Shown here: positions 46,744 through 57,219 of the stretch, piece after piece
Numbering within the stretch: the first letter of the stretch is position 1
How the letters are laid out: the number at the start of each line of letters is the position of its first letter
Assembly (NCBI GenBank): GCA_045644145.1
Contig: JAZRGK010000058.1
Coordinates: 557-64,556 of the forward strand
Length of the DNA stretch: 64,000 nucleotides
Direction: 5' to 3'
From: Candidatus Flemingiibacterium sp.
GTDB taxonomy: Bacteria > Bacillota > Clostridia > Oscillospirales > CAG-272
The notes under the pieces: model-generated
What the model saw: the letters and a program-made list of their open reading frames with translations, nothing else
Database searches by the model: none
What the model was told of the DNA's origin: nothing
Position numbers and translations under genes: made by a program

Positions 46744-47160
46744 ATGAACAAAAATCAACCGGAGTTGCCGGATAAGAAAAAACGTAAGCGGATTTTAAGA
46801 AACGACCTATTGTTTGTTTTTGGACTTTTGGCGGTTATTTCTATTGCCTGCGCGGTGCTTTTTCTAACGTCAGGCGAGGGCGATACCGTTACCGTGAGTA
46901 TTGACGGCAAGGTTTACGAAAGCTATTCCCTTTCCGAAAATGTCACTGTGGATATCCGCAGTGGGGAGAACGCTGACGGACTTAATGTGCTGGTTATCGA
47001 AAACGGCGAAGCGTATGTGTCACATGCAAGCTGTCCCGACGGCATATGCTCAGCCCACAAGCCTATAAAAAGAAACGGGGAAAGCATAATCTGCCTTCCC
47101 AACAGGGTTGTTATCTCCGTAAATTCGGAAAAATCCAACGCTCCCGATATTATTTCATGA
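46744..47160 (+). CDS. NusG domain II-containing protein
   Basis: ASCPDGICS...ESIICLPNRVVI. Confidence 0.85.
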   Translation: MNKNQPELPDKKKRKRILRNDLLFVFGLLAVISIACAVLFLTSGEGDTVTVSIDGKVYESYSLSENVTVDIRSGENADGLNVLVIENGEAYVSHASCPDGICSAHKPIKRNGESIICLPNRVVISVNSEKSNAPDIIS

Positions 47161-47173
47161 GTAGGTTGCTATA

Positions 47174-47692
47174 ATGATAAACAACAGTAGGAAAATACGA
47201 AGGCTCACATTTTTTGGGCTTGTGGCTGCTGTGGCGATTCTCCTTTCCTATGTGGAAGTGTTAATTCCGCCCATATTCGCCGCAGTTCCCGGTATAAAGT
47301 TAGGGCTTCCCAACATTGCCGTTATCTACATGCTGTATACCTGCGGTATACGCGAAGCCGCCGCGGTTTCTTTTGTGAGAATCGCGGTTGTTTCCATGCT
47401 TTTCGGCAACGCCATGATATTTTTGTACAGTATTGCCGGCGCATGCCTCAGTCTTGCGGTTATGGCACTTCTTAAGCAGTTTGCACCTCTTTCCATGGCG
47501 GCTGTCAGCATCGCAGGTGCAATAAGTCACAACATAGGTCAGATAATTGTTGCGATTCTGGTTCTTAAAACCGTGGAAATTGCTTACTATACCATTATAC
47601 TTACCCTAACCGGTACGGTTTCCGGACTCTTTGTGGGCCTTGCGGGGATATTTATGGTAAAACGCCTTCCGCCAAAAAGATTCTATCGTTAA
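47174..47692 (+). CDS. Gx transporter family (heptaprenyl diphosphate synthase component I-like)
   Basis: PGIKLGLPN, SIAGAISHNIGQI. Confidence 0.85.
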   Translation: MINNSRKIRRLTFFGLVAAVAILLSYVEVLIPPIFAAVPGIKLGLPNIAVIYMLYTCGIREAAAVSFVRIAVVSMLFGNAMIFLYSIAGACLSLAVMALLKQFAPLSMAAVSIAGAISHNIGQIIVAILVLKTVEIAYYTIILTLTGTVSGLFVGLAGIFMVKRLPPKRFYR

Positions 47693-47728
47693 TGCCTTCA
47701 GAGAATATAAGATTTCCTAAGTTACATG

Positions 47729-47757
47729 TTGACATACAAGTACTTGTATGGTATAAT
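47729..47757 (+). promoter_or_regulatory. SigA promoter with an embedded 18-bp palindromic operator
   Basis: TTGACA-N17-TATAAT overlapping CATACAAGTACTTGTATG (47733-47750). Confidence 0.8.
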
Positions 47758-47804
47758 GTATGCGGTCAATTTTATAATATAAAACATAACCAGGAGAAAC
47801 AATT

Positions 47805-48788
47805 ATGAAAAAATTTTCAGCACTTTTAATGGCAGTTCTTATGCTTGCTTCTGCTACTCTTTTCGCCGCATGCGGCGAAAAGAAGGAAGCCGCTCTTAAG
47901 CTCGGTCTTGGCGTTGACGTTGCAGTTAAGGCTGAGGACGCTACCGATGAAAAGGACGGCTACGGTCAGGCAACTGTTACCGTTGCGGCTGTTCTTCTTG
48001 ACGCTGAGGGCAAAATCGTTAAATGCGTTATCGACTGCGCTGACAACAAGGCAACCTTTACCGCTGACGGCAAGGCGATTGCAAGCGATTCCTTCGCAAC
48101 CAAATATGAGCAGGGCGATGGCTACGGCATGAAGGCTTACGGCGGCGCGGCTAAGGAATGGTACGAGCAGGTTGACGCTTTCTGCGCTCTCGCCGCAGGC
48201 AAGACCGCAGACGAAGTAAAGGCACTCCTCGCTTCCGACAACAAGGGGACAGAGGATGTTATCAACGCAGGATGCACCATTCTTATTGATTCCTTCGTAA
48301 AGGCTATCGACGAGGCTATTGCTAACGCAGCTGAGTCCGCGGCAACTGCTTCCGATAAGCTTACGATCGGCGTTCATACCGCTCAGTCCACCGGTGATGC
48401 TACCGATGAGAAAGACGGTCAGAATCAGCTTGAAACCACCGTATTCGCGGCGGCTGTTGACGCTGAGGGCAAGATCACTGCCGCAAGCAGTGACTGTGCT
48501 CAGGTTAAGTTCACCTTTGACATGACAGGTGTTTCCACCCTCGACACCTCAAAGGAAGTTCTCACCAAGAAAGAGCTTGGCGACAACTACAACATGAAGG
48601 CATACGGCGGCGCGGCTAAGGAATGGTACGAGCAGGCAGCGGCATTTGATGCAGCTTGCATTGGCAAGACTGCTTCCGATGTTTCCGCTCTCATGGGCGA
48701 GGACAGCTATGGAAGTGCCGACCTTAAGGCGGCAGGATGCACCGTTCTCGTTGACGGCTTCGTAAAAGCGGCTGGAAAGATCGGCTGA
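47805..48788 (+). CDS. Lipoprotein with two internal repeats, probable FMN-binding (PplA-like)
   Basis: Lipobox FAAC; duplicated MKAYGGAAKEWYEQ...AGCT; adjacent to apbE. Confidence 0.7.
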   Translation: MKKFSALLMAVLMLASATLFAACGEKKEAALKLGLGVDVAVKAEDATDEKDGYGQATVTVAAVLLDAEGKIVKCVIDCADNKATFTADGKAIASDSFATKYEQGDGYGMKAYGGAAKEWYEQVDAFCALAAGKTADEVKALLASDNKGTEDVINAGCTILIDSFVKAIDEAIANAAESAATASDKLTIGVHTAQSTGDATDEKDGQNQLETTVFAAAVDAEGKITAASSDCAQVKFTFDMTGVSTLDTSKEVLTKKELGDNYNMKAYGGAAKEWYEQAAAFDAACIGKTASDVSALMGEDSYGSADLKAAGCTVLVDGFVKAAGKIG

Positions 48789-48884
48789 TCTTAAATACGA
48801 CAAATATACAAAACGGGAGGCGTGCCTCCCGTTTTGATATAGGTATACTAAGTTATTACTTTTGTGAGGGGGAAATATCAAACC

Positions 48885-49934
48885 GTGAAAAAAATTCTCT
48901 GTTTTCTGATTACAGCCGCCTTGGCTTTGCACACTGTTACCCTCTCCTCATGCGAGAAAACGAGGCAAAAATTCACCGAATATTCTTTTGAATATTTCGA
49001 TACCGTAACTACCATTGTGGGGTACGCTGACAGCAAAGAGGAATTTGATGGCGTAGCAGGCGATGTCCTTAACGAGCTTGCGGAGTATCACAGGCTGTTC
49101 ACCATTTATCACAGATTCGAGGGGCTTAACAACCTCTGTACGGTAAATGAGCTGACGAATGGGGTACATCCTGCCGTCACCGTTGACGAAAAAATAATCG
49201 ACATGCTTCTTTACGCGAAGGAAATGTATGCGCTCACCGACGGCAAAGTGAATATCGCCATGGGAAGCGTGCTTTCCATATGGCACGACTATAGAAGCGA
49301 GGGCATGAATGATCCCGCTGCCGCAAAACTTCCCGATACGGAATCACTGAAAGAAGCGGCAGAACACACGGATATAAATGATCTTATAATAGATACCGAA
49401 AACAACACCGTCACACTTTCAGATTCCGAGATGAAGCTTGACGTGGGAGCTATAGCCAAGGGATACGCCGTAGAAATGACGGCACGTTCCCTTGAAGAGC
49501 GCGGAATTTCCGGATACGTTATAAACGTAGGCGGAAACGTGCGTGCAGTCGGTTCAAAGCCTGACGGTAAAAGCTGGACGGCAGGAATCGAGAATCCGGA
49601 AGATACAACAGCCGATTATATTGCATATCTTGGTCTGACAAATGAAGCCCTTGTAACCAGCGGCTCATATCAGAGATACTATGTGGTTGACGGCGAAAGA
49701 TACCATCACATTATTGACCCCGAAACGCTGATGCCTGCAGATGGATATTTATCCGTATCGGTGGTATGCGGCGACTCAGGGCTTGGCGATGCGCTTTCCA
49801 CCGCGTTATTCTGCATGCCCCTTTCCGAGGGAATGGAGCTTGTGGAATCCCTTACAGATGTTGAAGCAATGTGGGTGATTGGCGACGGAAGCAAGCACTT
49901 TTCCGCCGGTTTCGAGAAGTATATTACAAATTGA
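48885..49934 (+). CDS. apbE: FAD:protein FMN transferase
   Basis: LDVGAIAKGYAV, VTSGSYQRY, YHHIIDP, DALSTALF. Confidence 0.95.
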   Translation: MKKILCFLITAALALHTVTLSSCEKTRQKFTEYSFEYFDTVTTIVGYADSKEEFDGVAGDVLNELAEYHRLFTIYHRFEGLNNLCTVNELTNGVHPAVTVDEKIIDMLLYAKEMYALTDGKVNIAMGSVLSIWHDYRSEGMNDPAAAKLPDTESLKEAAEHTDINDLIIDTENNTVTLSDSEMKLDVGAIAKGYAVEMTARSLEERGISGYVINVGGNVRAVGSKPDGKSWTAGIENPEDTTADYIAYLGLTNEALVTSGSYQRYYVVDGERYHHIIDPETLMPADGYLSVSVVCGDSGLGDALSTALFCMPLSEGMELVESLTDVEAMWVIGDGSKHFSAGFEKYITN

Positions 49935-49992
49935 TGCATCCGCCGAACCGTTTTTTCGGCGTACAGCGGTATTTAAAAATACAGGAGGCTTT

Positions 49993-50370
49993 ATGGCACA
50001 GTTTATTGAAAGCTACGAATACATTCTGCATCATCTTGCGGAAATCGTAGTTTATACATTGGAGCTTATCGGTATACTTATTATTGTAATAGGCACGTTT
50101 CACGCCCTTTCGCTTTTTCTTGTAAGAATAAAGAGAAAAGAACCTATAAACGTGGTTCTGGCGCTTGGCAGATCACTTGCTTTGGCGCTTGAATTCAAGA
50201 TGGGCGCTGAGATCGTCAACACGGTAATCGTAAGGGAGCTGAGCGAGCTTGCGGTTTTGACGGTGGTTATTCTTATCCGCGCCCTTCTTGCTTTCATCAT
50301 CCACTGGGAAATGCGCATGGAAAACAATCACGCGCCCACAGATAAAAAACACAAGGATGAAAAGAAATGA
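49993..50370 (+). CDS. DUF1622 family membrane protein
   Basis: LGRSLALALEFKMGAEIVNTV. Confidence 0.85.
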   Translation: MAQFIESYEYILHHLAEIVVYTLELIGILIIVIGTFHALSLFLVRIKRKEPINVVLALGRSLALALEFKMGAEIVNTVIVRELSELAVLTVVILIRALLAFIIHWEMRMENNHAPTDKKHKDEKK

Positions 50371-50530
50371 CATCACCCAAATAATTGCCGACGGTAGGCA
50401 GACTGCACATGGATGAATGCACAAAAAGCGGCGAATAGTCTTATTTCCCCGATTTATCACACAAAATTACACAAAAAAACACAAAATCCCTTGACATCGC
50501 CGCCTCGATGTGCTAAAATATATAAAATTA

Positions 50531-50800
50531 AAGGCTGTGACGAAGAATGGGCGGGGATATACGCACTGCAGAGAGCCGATGGATGCTGTGAATCGGTGTG
50601 CCAAACCTTTGCTTCTCTCACTTCTGAGCCGGGAGTCCCAAAGGTGAACCTCACTCAGTAGATACTCCCCGCGTAAACATGCTGCGTCAGTGCATAGTAA
50701 GTGGCGGATCAAATTCCGCAATTTGAGTGGTACCGCGAGTGTAAATTTTAAATTTATGCCCGTCTCAAAGCTTAGTGTAGCTTTGGGGCGTTTTTTCTTT
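50531..50800 (+). ncRNA. T-box riboswitch, probable Leu (CUC) specifier
   Basis: GA motif, AGAGA and GCTG boxes, T-box AATTTGAGTGGTACCGCG, terminator with T-tract; upstream of ridA-leuA. Confidence 0.9.
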
Positions 50801-50842
50801 ATCTGAAAGACGCCCACGTTTAAAAAGAAAGGCAGAATAAAT

Positions 50843-51229
50843 ATGTATAAAAAAGTTGAAACTTCATCGGCTCCTGCCGCAATCGGTCCTTATTCTCAGG
50901 CAATAATCGCCGACAGCCTTGTTTTCACATCGGGGCAGATCCCCCTTGATCCCGAAACCGGCGAAATGGTATGCGGCGGTATAACAGAGCAGGCACACAG
51001 GGTGTGCATGAATCTAAAAGCAGTTCTTGAATCGTCGGGAGCATCCCTAAAAACCGTGATTAAAACCGTGTGCTATTTAAACGATATGGTAGATTTCGCT
51101 GCTTTCAACGCCGTATACGCCGAATATTTCACGGAAAAGCCGGCACGCTCCTGCGTAGCTGTAAAGGCACTTCCCAAGGGTGCATTACTTGAAATAGAGG
51201 CGGTTGCCGTTCTGGAGAACAAGGCATGA
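50843..51229 (+). CDS. ridA: RidA family enamine/imine deaminase
   Basis: APAAIGPYSQA, FTSGQIP, KPARSCVAV, IEA. Confidence 0.9.
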   Translation: MYKKVETSSAPAAIGPYSQAIIADSLVFTSGQIPLDPETGEMVCGGITEQAHRVCMNLKAVLESSGASLKTVIKTVCYLNDMVDFAAFNAVYAEYFTEKPARSCVAVKALPKGALLEIEAVAVLENKA

Positions 51230-52905
51230 TGGATCCATCAAAATACTGTGTGGGATATTTCCCGGTATCCGAAAAATACAGCGGTTGGGTGAAAAAGGAT
51301 CATATCGAAAAGCCGCCAACTTGGTGCTCCGTGGACATGCGTGACGGAAACCAAAGCCTTGTCATCCCCATGAATTTAAACGAAAAGCTGGAATTTTACA
51401 AGCTTTTACTCCATGTGGGCTTCAAAGAGATCGAAGTGGGCTTCCCTGCAGCAAGCGATACCGAATACGAATTTTTACGCACCCTGATAGGCAGAAAAAT
51501 GATTCCCGAGGATGTTACGGTTCAGGTTCTTACCCAGTGTCGGGAGCATATTATCAGAAAGACTTTTGAAGCCTGCAAGGGCGCGCCCAACGCCATAATA
51601 CACTTCTACAATTCCATCAGCGCGGCTCAAAGAGATCAGGTCTTTAAAATGACCAAAGATGAAATCAAAAAGATAGCCGTAGACGGTGCAGCGCTTGTAA
51701 AGAAGCTGTCAAAGGAATACGATGGAAATTTCCGCTTTGAGTATTCGCCGGAATCTTTTACAGGTACTGAGCCGGAATTCGCCCTTGAGGTATGCAATGC
51801 AGTGCTTGACGTGCTTGAGCCGGATGAAAACAACAACGTGATCATCAATCTTCCGGCAACAGTGGAAATGAGTTTACCCCACATTTACGCCTCTCAAGTT
51901 GCATATATGAGCGAAAATCTCAAATACCGCGAATTTGTGACTCTTTCGCTTCATCCCCACAATGACCGCGGTACAGGTGTAGCGGATACAGAGCTTGCTC
52001 TGCTTGCAGGCGCCGACCGTGTTGAGGGAACGCTTTTTGGTAACGGTGAGCGCACCGGCAACGTGGATATTATAACCCTTGCTATGAATATGTACACCCA
52101 CGGAGTCGATCCGAAGCTGGATTTTTCGGATATACCGTATTTGGTTGAAAAATACGAGGCCTGCACCGGTATGCAGGTTCCGCCGCGTACTCCGTATTCA
52201 GGTGCACTTGTATTTGCGGCGTTCTCAGGCGGTCATCAGGATGCTATCGCTAAGGGAATGAAGTACAGAGAAACCAATAATCTCCACAAATGGAGCGTTC
52301 CTTATATCCCCGTAGATCCGGTAGATATTGGACGAACATACGATGCTGACGTTATTCGCGTGAACTCCCAATCCGGCAAGAGCGGCATTGCATATCTGCT
52401 TGAGCATAGCTTCGGATATAACATGCCCGGAAAAATGCGCGAACACTTCGGAAATCTTTGCAAGGGCATATCCGACAGAGAGGAACGAGAGCTTAAGGTC
52501 GAGGAGATATTCCATATATTTAGTGAGAACTACCTTGACGTTCCATGTGAGATCACCGTAAGCGCATTAAACTTTACCCGTGAAAAGGAAACGGTAAAAA
52601 TCCGCATCACCTTTTCTGAAAACGGGAAGGAAACCACCATTGAAGCGGAAGGCAACGGTTCGCTCAACGCCTTCAGCAACGCCCTCAAGGCTTACACGGG
52701 GACACAGTACACCCTCGAGGTCTTCTCACAGCACAGCATGCAGGGTAAAGGCTCAGAGAGTATGGCAGCATCCTACATCGGGCTTGAACGTGCCGACGGC
52801 AAAATGTTCTGGGGTGTTGGAACCCACACGGACGTTATCAAGGCAAGCAACAACGCGCTTCTGTCGGCGTTCCACAATATGGCAAAAGATACCCCTCAAA
52901 AATAG
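51226..52905 (+). CDS. leuA: 2-isopropylmalate synthase (yeast/actinobacterial type)
   Basis: WCSVDMRDGNQSL, SLHPHNDRG, GNGERTGNVD. Confidence 0.95.
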   Translation: MMDPSKYCVGYFPVSEKYSGWVKKDHIEKPPTWCSVDMRDGNQSLVIPMNLNEKLEFYKLLLHVGFKEIEVGFPAASDTEYEFLRTLIGRKMIPEDVTVQVLTQCREHIIRKTFEACKGAPNAIIHFYNSISAAQRDQVFKMTKDEIKKIAVDGAALVKKLSKEYDGNFRFEYSPESFTGTEPEFALEVCNAVLDVLEPDENNNVIINLPATVEMSLPHIYASQVAYMSENLKYREFVTLSLHPHNDRGTGVADTELALLAGADRVEGTLFGNGERTGNVDIITLAMNMYTHGVDPKLDFSDIPYLVEKYEACTGMQVPPRTPYSGALVFAAFSGGHQDAIAKGMKYRETNNLHKWSVPYIPVDPVDIGRTYDADVIRVNSQSGKSGIAYLLEHSFGYNMPGKMREHFGNLCKGISDREERELKVEEIFHIFSENYLDVPCEITVSALNFTREKETVKIRITFSENGKETTIEAEGNGSLNAFSNALKAYTGTQYTLEVFSQHSMQGKGSESMAASYIGLERADGKMFWGVGTHTDVIKASNNALLSAFHNMAKDTPQK

Positions 52906-52908
52906 TAT

Positions 52909-52943
52909 TAAGGAGCTGTTGCATTTAGGTGCAACAGCTCCTT
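52909..52943. terminator. Terminator hairpin between convergent genes
   Basis: AAGGAGCTGTTGCA-TTTAGG-TGCAACAGCTCCTT. Confidence 0.75.
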
Positions 52944-52992
52944 ATCTTCTTCCTAACAAAAACCGGCAACAGCCAAGCTGTCGCCGGAAAAA

Positions 52993-53676
52993 TTATGCAA
53001 TTTGTGCGTCAATCGCTTTTACGACCTTCACGGATTCACCGTTTACCGTAACAGTTGAGGTGTATTCACATACAACCTTCTGCAGTTCTTTAACGGAGTT
53101 GATGTAGTAAGACAACACCACGTCGGTGCAGTCCGTAGTCATATCATCCTCGGTAATATCAAACTTGTTGGCATACTGTGAGTTCATAGTAAGCGAATAA
53201 AGCTGTATGCCCTTTTCGAGCCATACCACCTCAACAGACTTTATATCCTTTACGTCATACTCAAGACGGAAAAGCTCAAATATATCCGGAAGCACCGCAT
53301 CCTCGATAAAAGCCCCCTCACCGTTGGTAAGCTCAAGTACGTTCTCTCCGTCCTTTATAAGCTCATAGGTGTCTGCTTGGCCGGCATCAACCGCTGTTAT
53401 TGTAGCGCTGAGATTAAAATCCGGATCCTCCGTACCTGTAAAGCGGATGTATGTTTCGGATGATTTATTAAGGGCATATCCCTCAAAATCTTTATCCGCC
53501 GTATTCATTTCGTAAATCAGTATTTCACCGCTTTCGATGCTCAGTGCCTTATCGGTGCTCTCTTTAATAATTGTATAAGCTTCTGCAGTCTGACCGTTAT
53601 CCCCACAGGCAAAAGCCGCGGAAGCCGCAAGCAGAAGTGATATACCGAGCGCAGCGATTCTTACGTTTTTCTTCAT
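52993..53676 (-). CDS. Hypothetical lipoprotein
   Basis: Signal peptide with lipobox AFAC; acidic mature region. Confidence 0.75.
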   Translation of the reverse strand: MKKNVRIAALGISLLLAASAAFACGDNGQTAEAYTIIKESTDKALSIESGEILIYEMNTADKDFEGYALNKSSETYIRFTGTEDPDFNLSATITAVDAGQADTYELIKDGENVLELTNGEGAFIEDAVLPDIFELFRLEYDVKDIKSVEVVWLEKGIQLYSLTMNSQYANKFDITEDDMTTDCTDVVLSYYINSVKELQKVVCEYTSTVTVNGESVKVVKAIDAQIA

Positions 53677-53789
53677 TGTTTTTTCTCCGTTTTCTGGATT
53701 TTTAAACTACACACAAAAGCTTAAAAACCCACATTATGCCGCAAATCCCCGATTTGCGGCATAATGCAGATAAGCACTTAATGTATTAT

Positions 53790-54197
53790 TTAGAGGTATT
53801 TCTTGATTGTATCGGTTGCCGCCTCAGCCGCAAGGGATACAGTCATCACGCACTTAACCTCGCACTTCTTAAGAAGCTCGTTAACCTCGTCGCAGAGCTT
53901 ATCGAAGCTTGCAAGATCGTTTTCACAGATCTTAAGCGCGGAATCAATATATATGTCGGTAACGTCATGGTTGCTGGCAATGATACCTGCAACAAAACCG
54001 AACAGCGACTGACCATCGCATATGCCGTACTGAACAGTATCAATAAGACGGGCGGTATGCTTGATATCGTAGGTCAGCTTTGTACCCTTTTCGATGCAGA
54101 CCACGGAACCCTTGGACTGCTCGGAAGCGGTATTAACCATTTCGATAAGCTGCTTTGTCTTGCCTGTACCTTTGACGCCGATAATTAACTTTAACAT
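53790..54197 (-). CDS. Small conserved P-loop-containing protein
   Basis: IIGVKGTGKT; RBS AAGGAGG. Confidence 0.8.
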   Translation of the reverse strand: MLKLIIGVKGTGKTKQLIEMVNTASEQSKGSVVCIEKGTKLTYDIKHTARLIDTVQYGICDGQSLFGFVAGIIASNHDVTDIYIDSALKICENDLASFDKLCDEVNELLKKCEVKCVMTVSLAAEAATDTIKKYL

Positions 54198-54389
54198 AGT
54201 GTGTTTCCTCCTTGAATTTGTGATGTCAATACCAAGTTTGTTTGTATCTGTTTATATTTTACACTAAAACTCAGAAAATTTCAAGAGGATTTCATGAGAA
54301 AATATATAATTTAGCAAAGTTTTTACAAGTTGTACAAAACCACTTTATATACTTGTGCTAACTGACGATTTTTTGTGCAGTATGCACTT

Positions 54390-55724
54390 TTACATTCTGG
54401 CTTCAAGCTCAGCCTTCTGCGACTCGTATCCGGGCTTTCCCAGAAGCGCATACATATTCTTCTTGTACGCTTCAACACCCGGCTGATTGAAGGGATTAAC
54501 TCCAAGGGTGTAGCCGGAAATCGCGCATGCAAGCTCAAAGAAGTATACAAGCCATCCGAAGGAATACTCGCTTCTGTCCGCAAGCTCCAGAACGATATTA
54601 GGAACGCCGCCGTCCACATGTGCAAGTAAAGTTGCACTCATAGCCGCCTTGTTTACCTTGTGAAGCTCCTCTCCCGAGAGGAAGTTAAGACCGTCCACAT
54701 TCGCGGGATCGTTAGGTATAATAACGGTATCGTTTGACTTTTCTATGGACACAACAGTTTCAAAGAGATTGCGTCTGCCCTCTTGGATGTACTGACCGAG
54801 GGAATGGAGATCCGTTGAGAATATTACGGACGCAGGGAAAATTCCCGTGTTGTCTTTACCCTCAGACTCGCCGTAAAGCTGCTTCCACCACTCGTTCATC
54901 ATAAGCATGGATGTTTCATAGGAAACAAGTATTTCGGTGGTCTTGCCCTTTCTGAACATAAGGTTGCGAAGCGCCGCATATTTTGCCGCGTCGTTGTTTT
55001 GGGTGTCCTCGGATGCATAGGCTTCGCGCGCATCAGCCGCGCCCTTCATCATGGCATCAATGTCACAGCCTGCCGCCGCGATAGGAAGAAGCCCCACAGC
55101 GGTAAGAACTGAGTAACGGCCGCCTACATCATCCGGCACAACGAAGGTTTCATAGCCCTTTTCATCGGAAAACGCCTTAAGAGTGCCGCGCGCCTTATCA
55201 GTGGTAACGAAGATGCGCTCTCTTGCGCCTTCCTCGCCGTATTTTTTTACAAGAAGCTCACGGAAGATACGGAATGCAACCGCAGGCTCGGTAGTTGTAC
55301 CGGACTTGGAGATAACATTGACGCAAATATCCTTGCCCTCGCAAAGCTCGACGATCTCAGCAAGAGCGGAGGAGCAGATGTTGTTGCCTGCGAAGTATAT
55401 GGAGGGGGTGTCCTTCTTCTTTTCATTGTACATAGGGGATTTTACGAACTCAATAGCGGCACGTGCTCCGAGATAAGAGCCGCCGATACCGATAACCACG
55501 AGAATATCGCAGGTCTTCTTGATTTTTTCCGCCGCCGCCTTGATTCGTGCAAATTCCTCGCGGTCATAGTTTACGGGAAGATCTGCCCAGCCGAGAAAAT
55601 CGTTTCCAAGTCCGTTCTTCTCTTTTACTTGCCTGATCGCGCATTTTACCGCAGGCTCAATACCGCACATATCCTCTGCGGCAAGAAAATTGCTGATGTA
55701 TTTATCATTAAGCTTGAGTGTCAT
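54390..55724 (-). CDS. pgi: Glucose-6-phosphate isomerase
   Basis: [45 protein letters not shown]. Confidence 0.97.
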   Translation of the reverse strand: MTLKLNDKYISNFLAAEDMCGIEPAVKCAIRQVKEKNGLGNDFLGWADLPVNYDREEFARIKAAAEKIKKTCDILVVIGIGGSYLGARAAIEFVKSPMYNEKKKDTPSIYFAGNNICSSALAEIVELCEGKDICVNVISKSGTTTEPAVAFRIFRELLVKKYGEEGARERIFVTTDKARGTLKAFSDEKGYETFVVPDDVGGRYSVLTAVGLLPIAAAGCDIDAMMKGAADAREAYASEDTQNNDAAKYAALRNLMFRKGKTTEILVSYETSMLMMNEWWKQLYGESEGKDNTGIFPASVIFSTDLHSLGQYIQEGRRNLFETVVSIEKSNDTVIIPNDPANVDGLNFLSGEELHKVNKAAMSATLLAHVDGGVPNIVLELADRSEYSFGWLVYFFELACAISGYTLGVNPFNQPGVEAYKKNMYALLGKPGYESQKAELEARM

Positions 55725-56081
55725 AATAACTGACCCCTTTCATTTATAAGATACACAAAATGTTTCGTAACAGTATTATACTACTGTACAGTATCATATT
55801 ACTACATTTTCGCAGATTTTGCAAGTAGTATTATCAAAGTTCTTACAAATGTAACAAAAAACATTTTCTCACACAGGGTCATATTTTTGTAATCTTTCAA
55901 CAAAAGCCGAGCAAAATACCGCCCTGTGTGCTGCAAAACTTGAAAAAAGAGAAAATTTTCAAAAAACTTTTCAAAAGGCTATTGCAATTTAGAAAAATAT
56001 ATGATATAATAGCTGTTGTTAGTTATGAATCAGCATCGCCATGCTATGAAACATGGCGGCTTAAATACGGAGGTAAATATC

Positions 56082-56270
56082 ATGGCAAAGTGCAGCATCT
56101 GCGGAAAAGCAGTACAGTTCGGACTTGCAGTATCCCATTCCAACCGCAAGACCAACAGAACCTGGAAGCCCAATATCAGACGAGTTAAGGCTATCGTAAA
56201 CGGCACCCCTAAGACCGTTAACGTTTGCTCTCGCTGCCTGCGTTCCGGTAAAGTTACCAGAGCGGTTTAA
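56082..56270 (+). CDS. rpmB: 50S ribosomal protein L28
   Basis: MAKCSICGK...VSHSNRKTNRTWKPN...CSRCLRSGKV. Confidence 0.97.
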   Translation: MAKCSICGKAVQFGLAVSHSNRKTNRTWKPNIRRVKAIVNGTPKTVNVCSRCLRSGKVTRAV

Positions 56271-56345
56271 TTTAATGTAATTGAAGAAGCCTGTGCTGTG
56301 CACGGGCTTTTTCTGTATTTATGCTTCCCAAGGAAGGAGAATTTC

Positions 56346-57035
56346 ATGCCATATATTTTATCCTGTGAACCGTGCCTTAATATATATGCAGACGAGCTTG
56401 CAAAGTATGACTTCACGCCCATTCCGCTTCCTGCCGACGAATGGATATCGCCGCCCGTTAACACCCACGCGGATACACTCATATACAGCGATGGTATAAA
56501 CCATATAATAAACCGTCTATACTCTGAAAAACTTCCGTCCGAGATTCTTGCACACTTTATCGTAGTCCCGGATTCCCCTGCCGGCAGATATCCCACCGAC
56601 ACCGCGTTCAATACTCTTCGCATAGGAAAGTATCTTTTTGCACGCACAAAAAGTCTGTCAGACGCAGTACGCAAAAACGCCGAGGAAAACGGGTTGGCGC
56701 TTGTAAATGTAAATCAGGGCTACGCTAAATGCTCTACCCTTGCGCTGTCATCGGCAAATGCCGCCGTAACCGCAGACGAGGGAATGGCGCGCGCTATGGA
56801 AGCCTGCAAAGTCAACGTACTCCGCATCACGCCCGGTCATATCGCCCTTGAGGGGTGCGAATACGGCTTTATCGGCGGCGCATCCTTTGTATATAGGGAC
56901 ACGGTTTATTTTTTCGGTACACTTGGCGACCACCCCGACAGCGAACGCATTTCGCGGTTCCTTTCAGACTACGGCTACCGCCAAATAGAGCTTGGCGGCA
57001 CACTCACAGATTTTGGCGGCGCGGTAATTATTTGA
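56346..57035 (+). CDS. DUF6873-like protein
   Basis: VNQGYAKCS, GHIALEGCEYGFIGGAS, LTDFGG. Confidence 0.75.
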   Translation: MPYILSCEPCLNIYADELAKYDFTPIPLPADEWISPPVNTHADTLIYSDGINHIINRLYSEKLPSEILAHFIVVPDSPAGRYPTDTAFNTLRIGKYLFARTKSLSDAVRKNAEENGLALVNVNQGYAKCSTLALSSANAAVTADEGMARAMEACKVNVLRITPGHIALEGCEYGFIGGASFVYRDTVYFFGTLGDHPDSERISRFLSDYGYRQIELGGTLTDFGGAVII

Positions 57036-57088
57036 TGTTAATACCACTTCGGCAAGCGCTTTCCGTTGTGAGATTTTATTGTTTTCGG

Positions 57089-57165
57089 GTGGGGGGGGGG
57101 TTTACTCCCGCCGTTTTGTGCGATTTTGAACGATCATGGCGGCGGGAGCAAGCCCCCCGCCCTAC
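57089..57165. repeat. Inverted pair of GTAG-type REP sequences (REPIN-like doublet)
   Basis: GTAGGGCGGGGGGCTTGCTCCCGCCG on the minus strand (57140-57165) and a degenerate plus-strand copy (57089-57113). Confidence 0.7.
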
Positions 57166-57219
57166 AGTGCATGTCTTTTCTTGATGCGGAAGCATAAATG
57201 TAATTGAGATAATGCCGCA

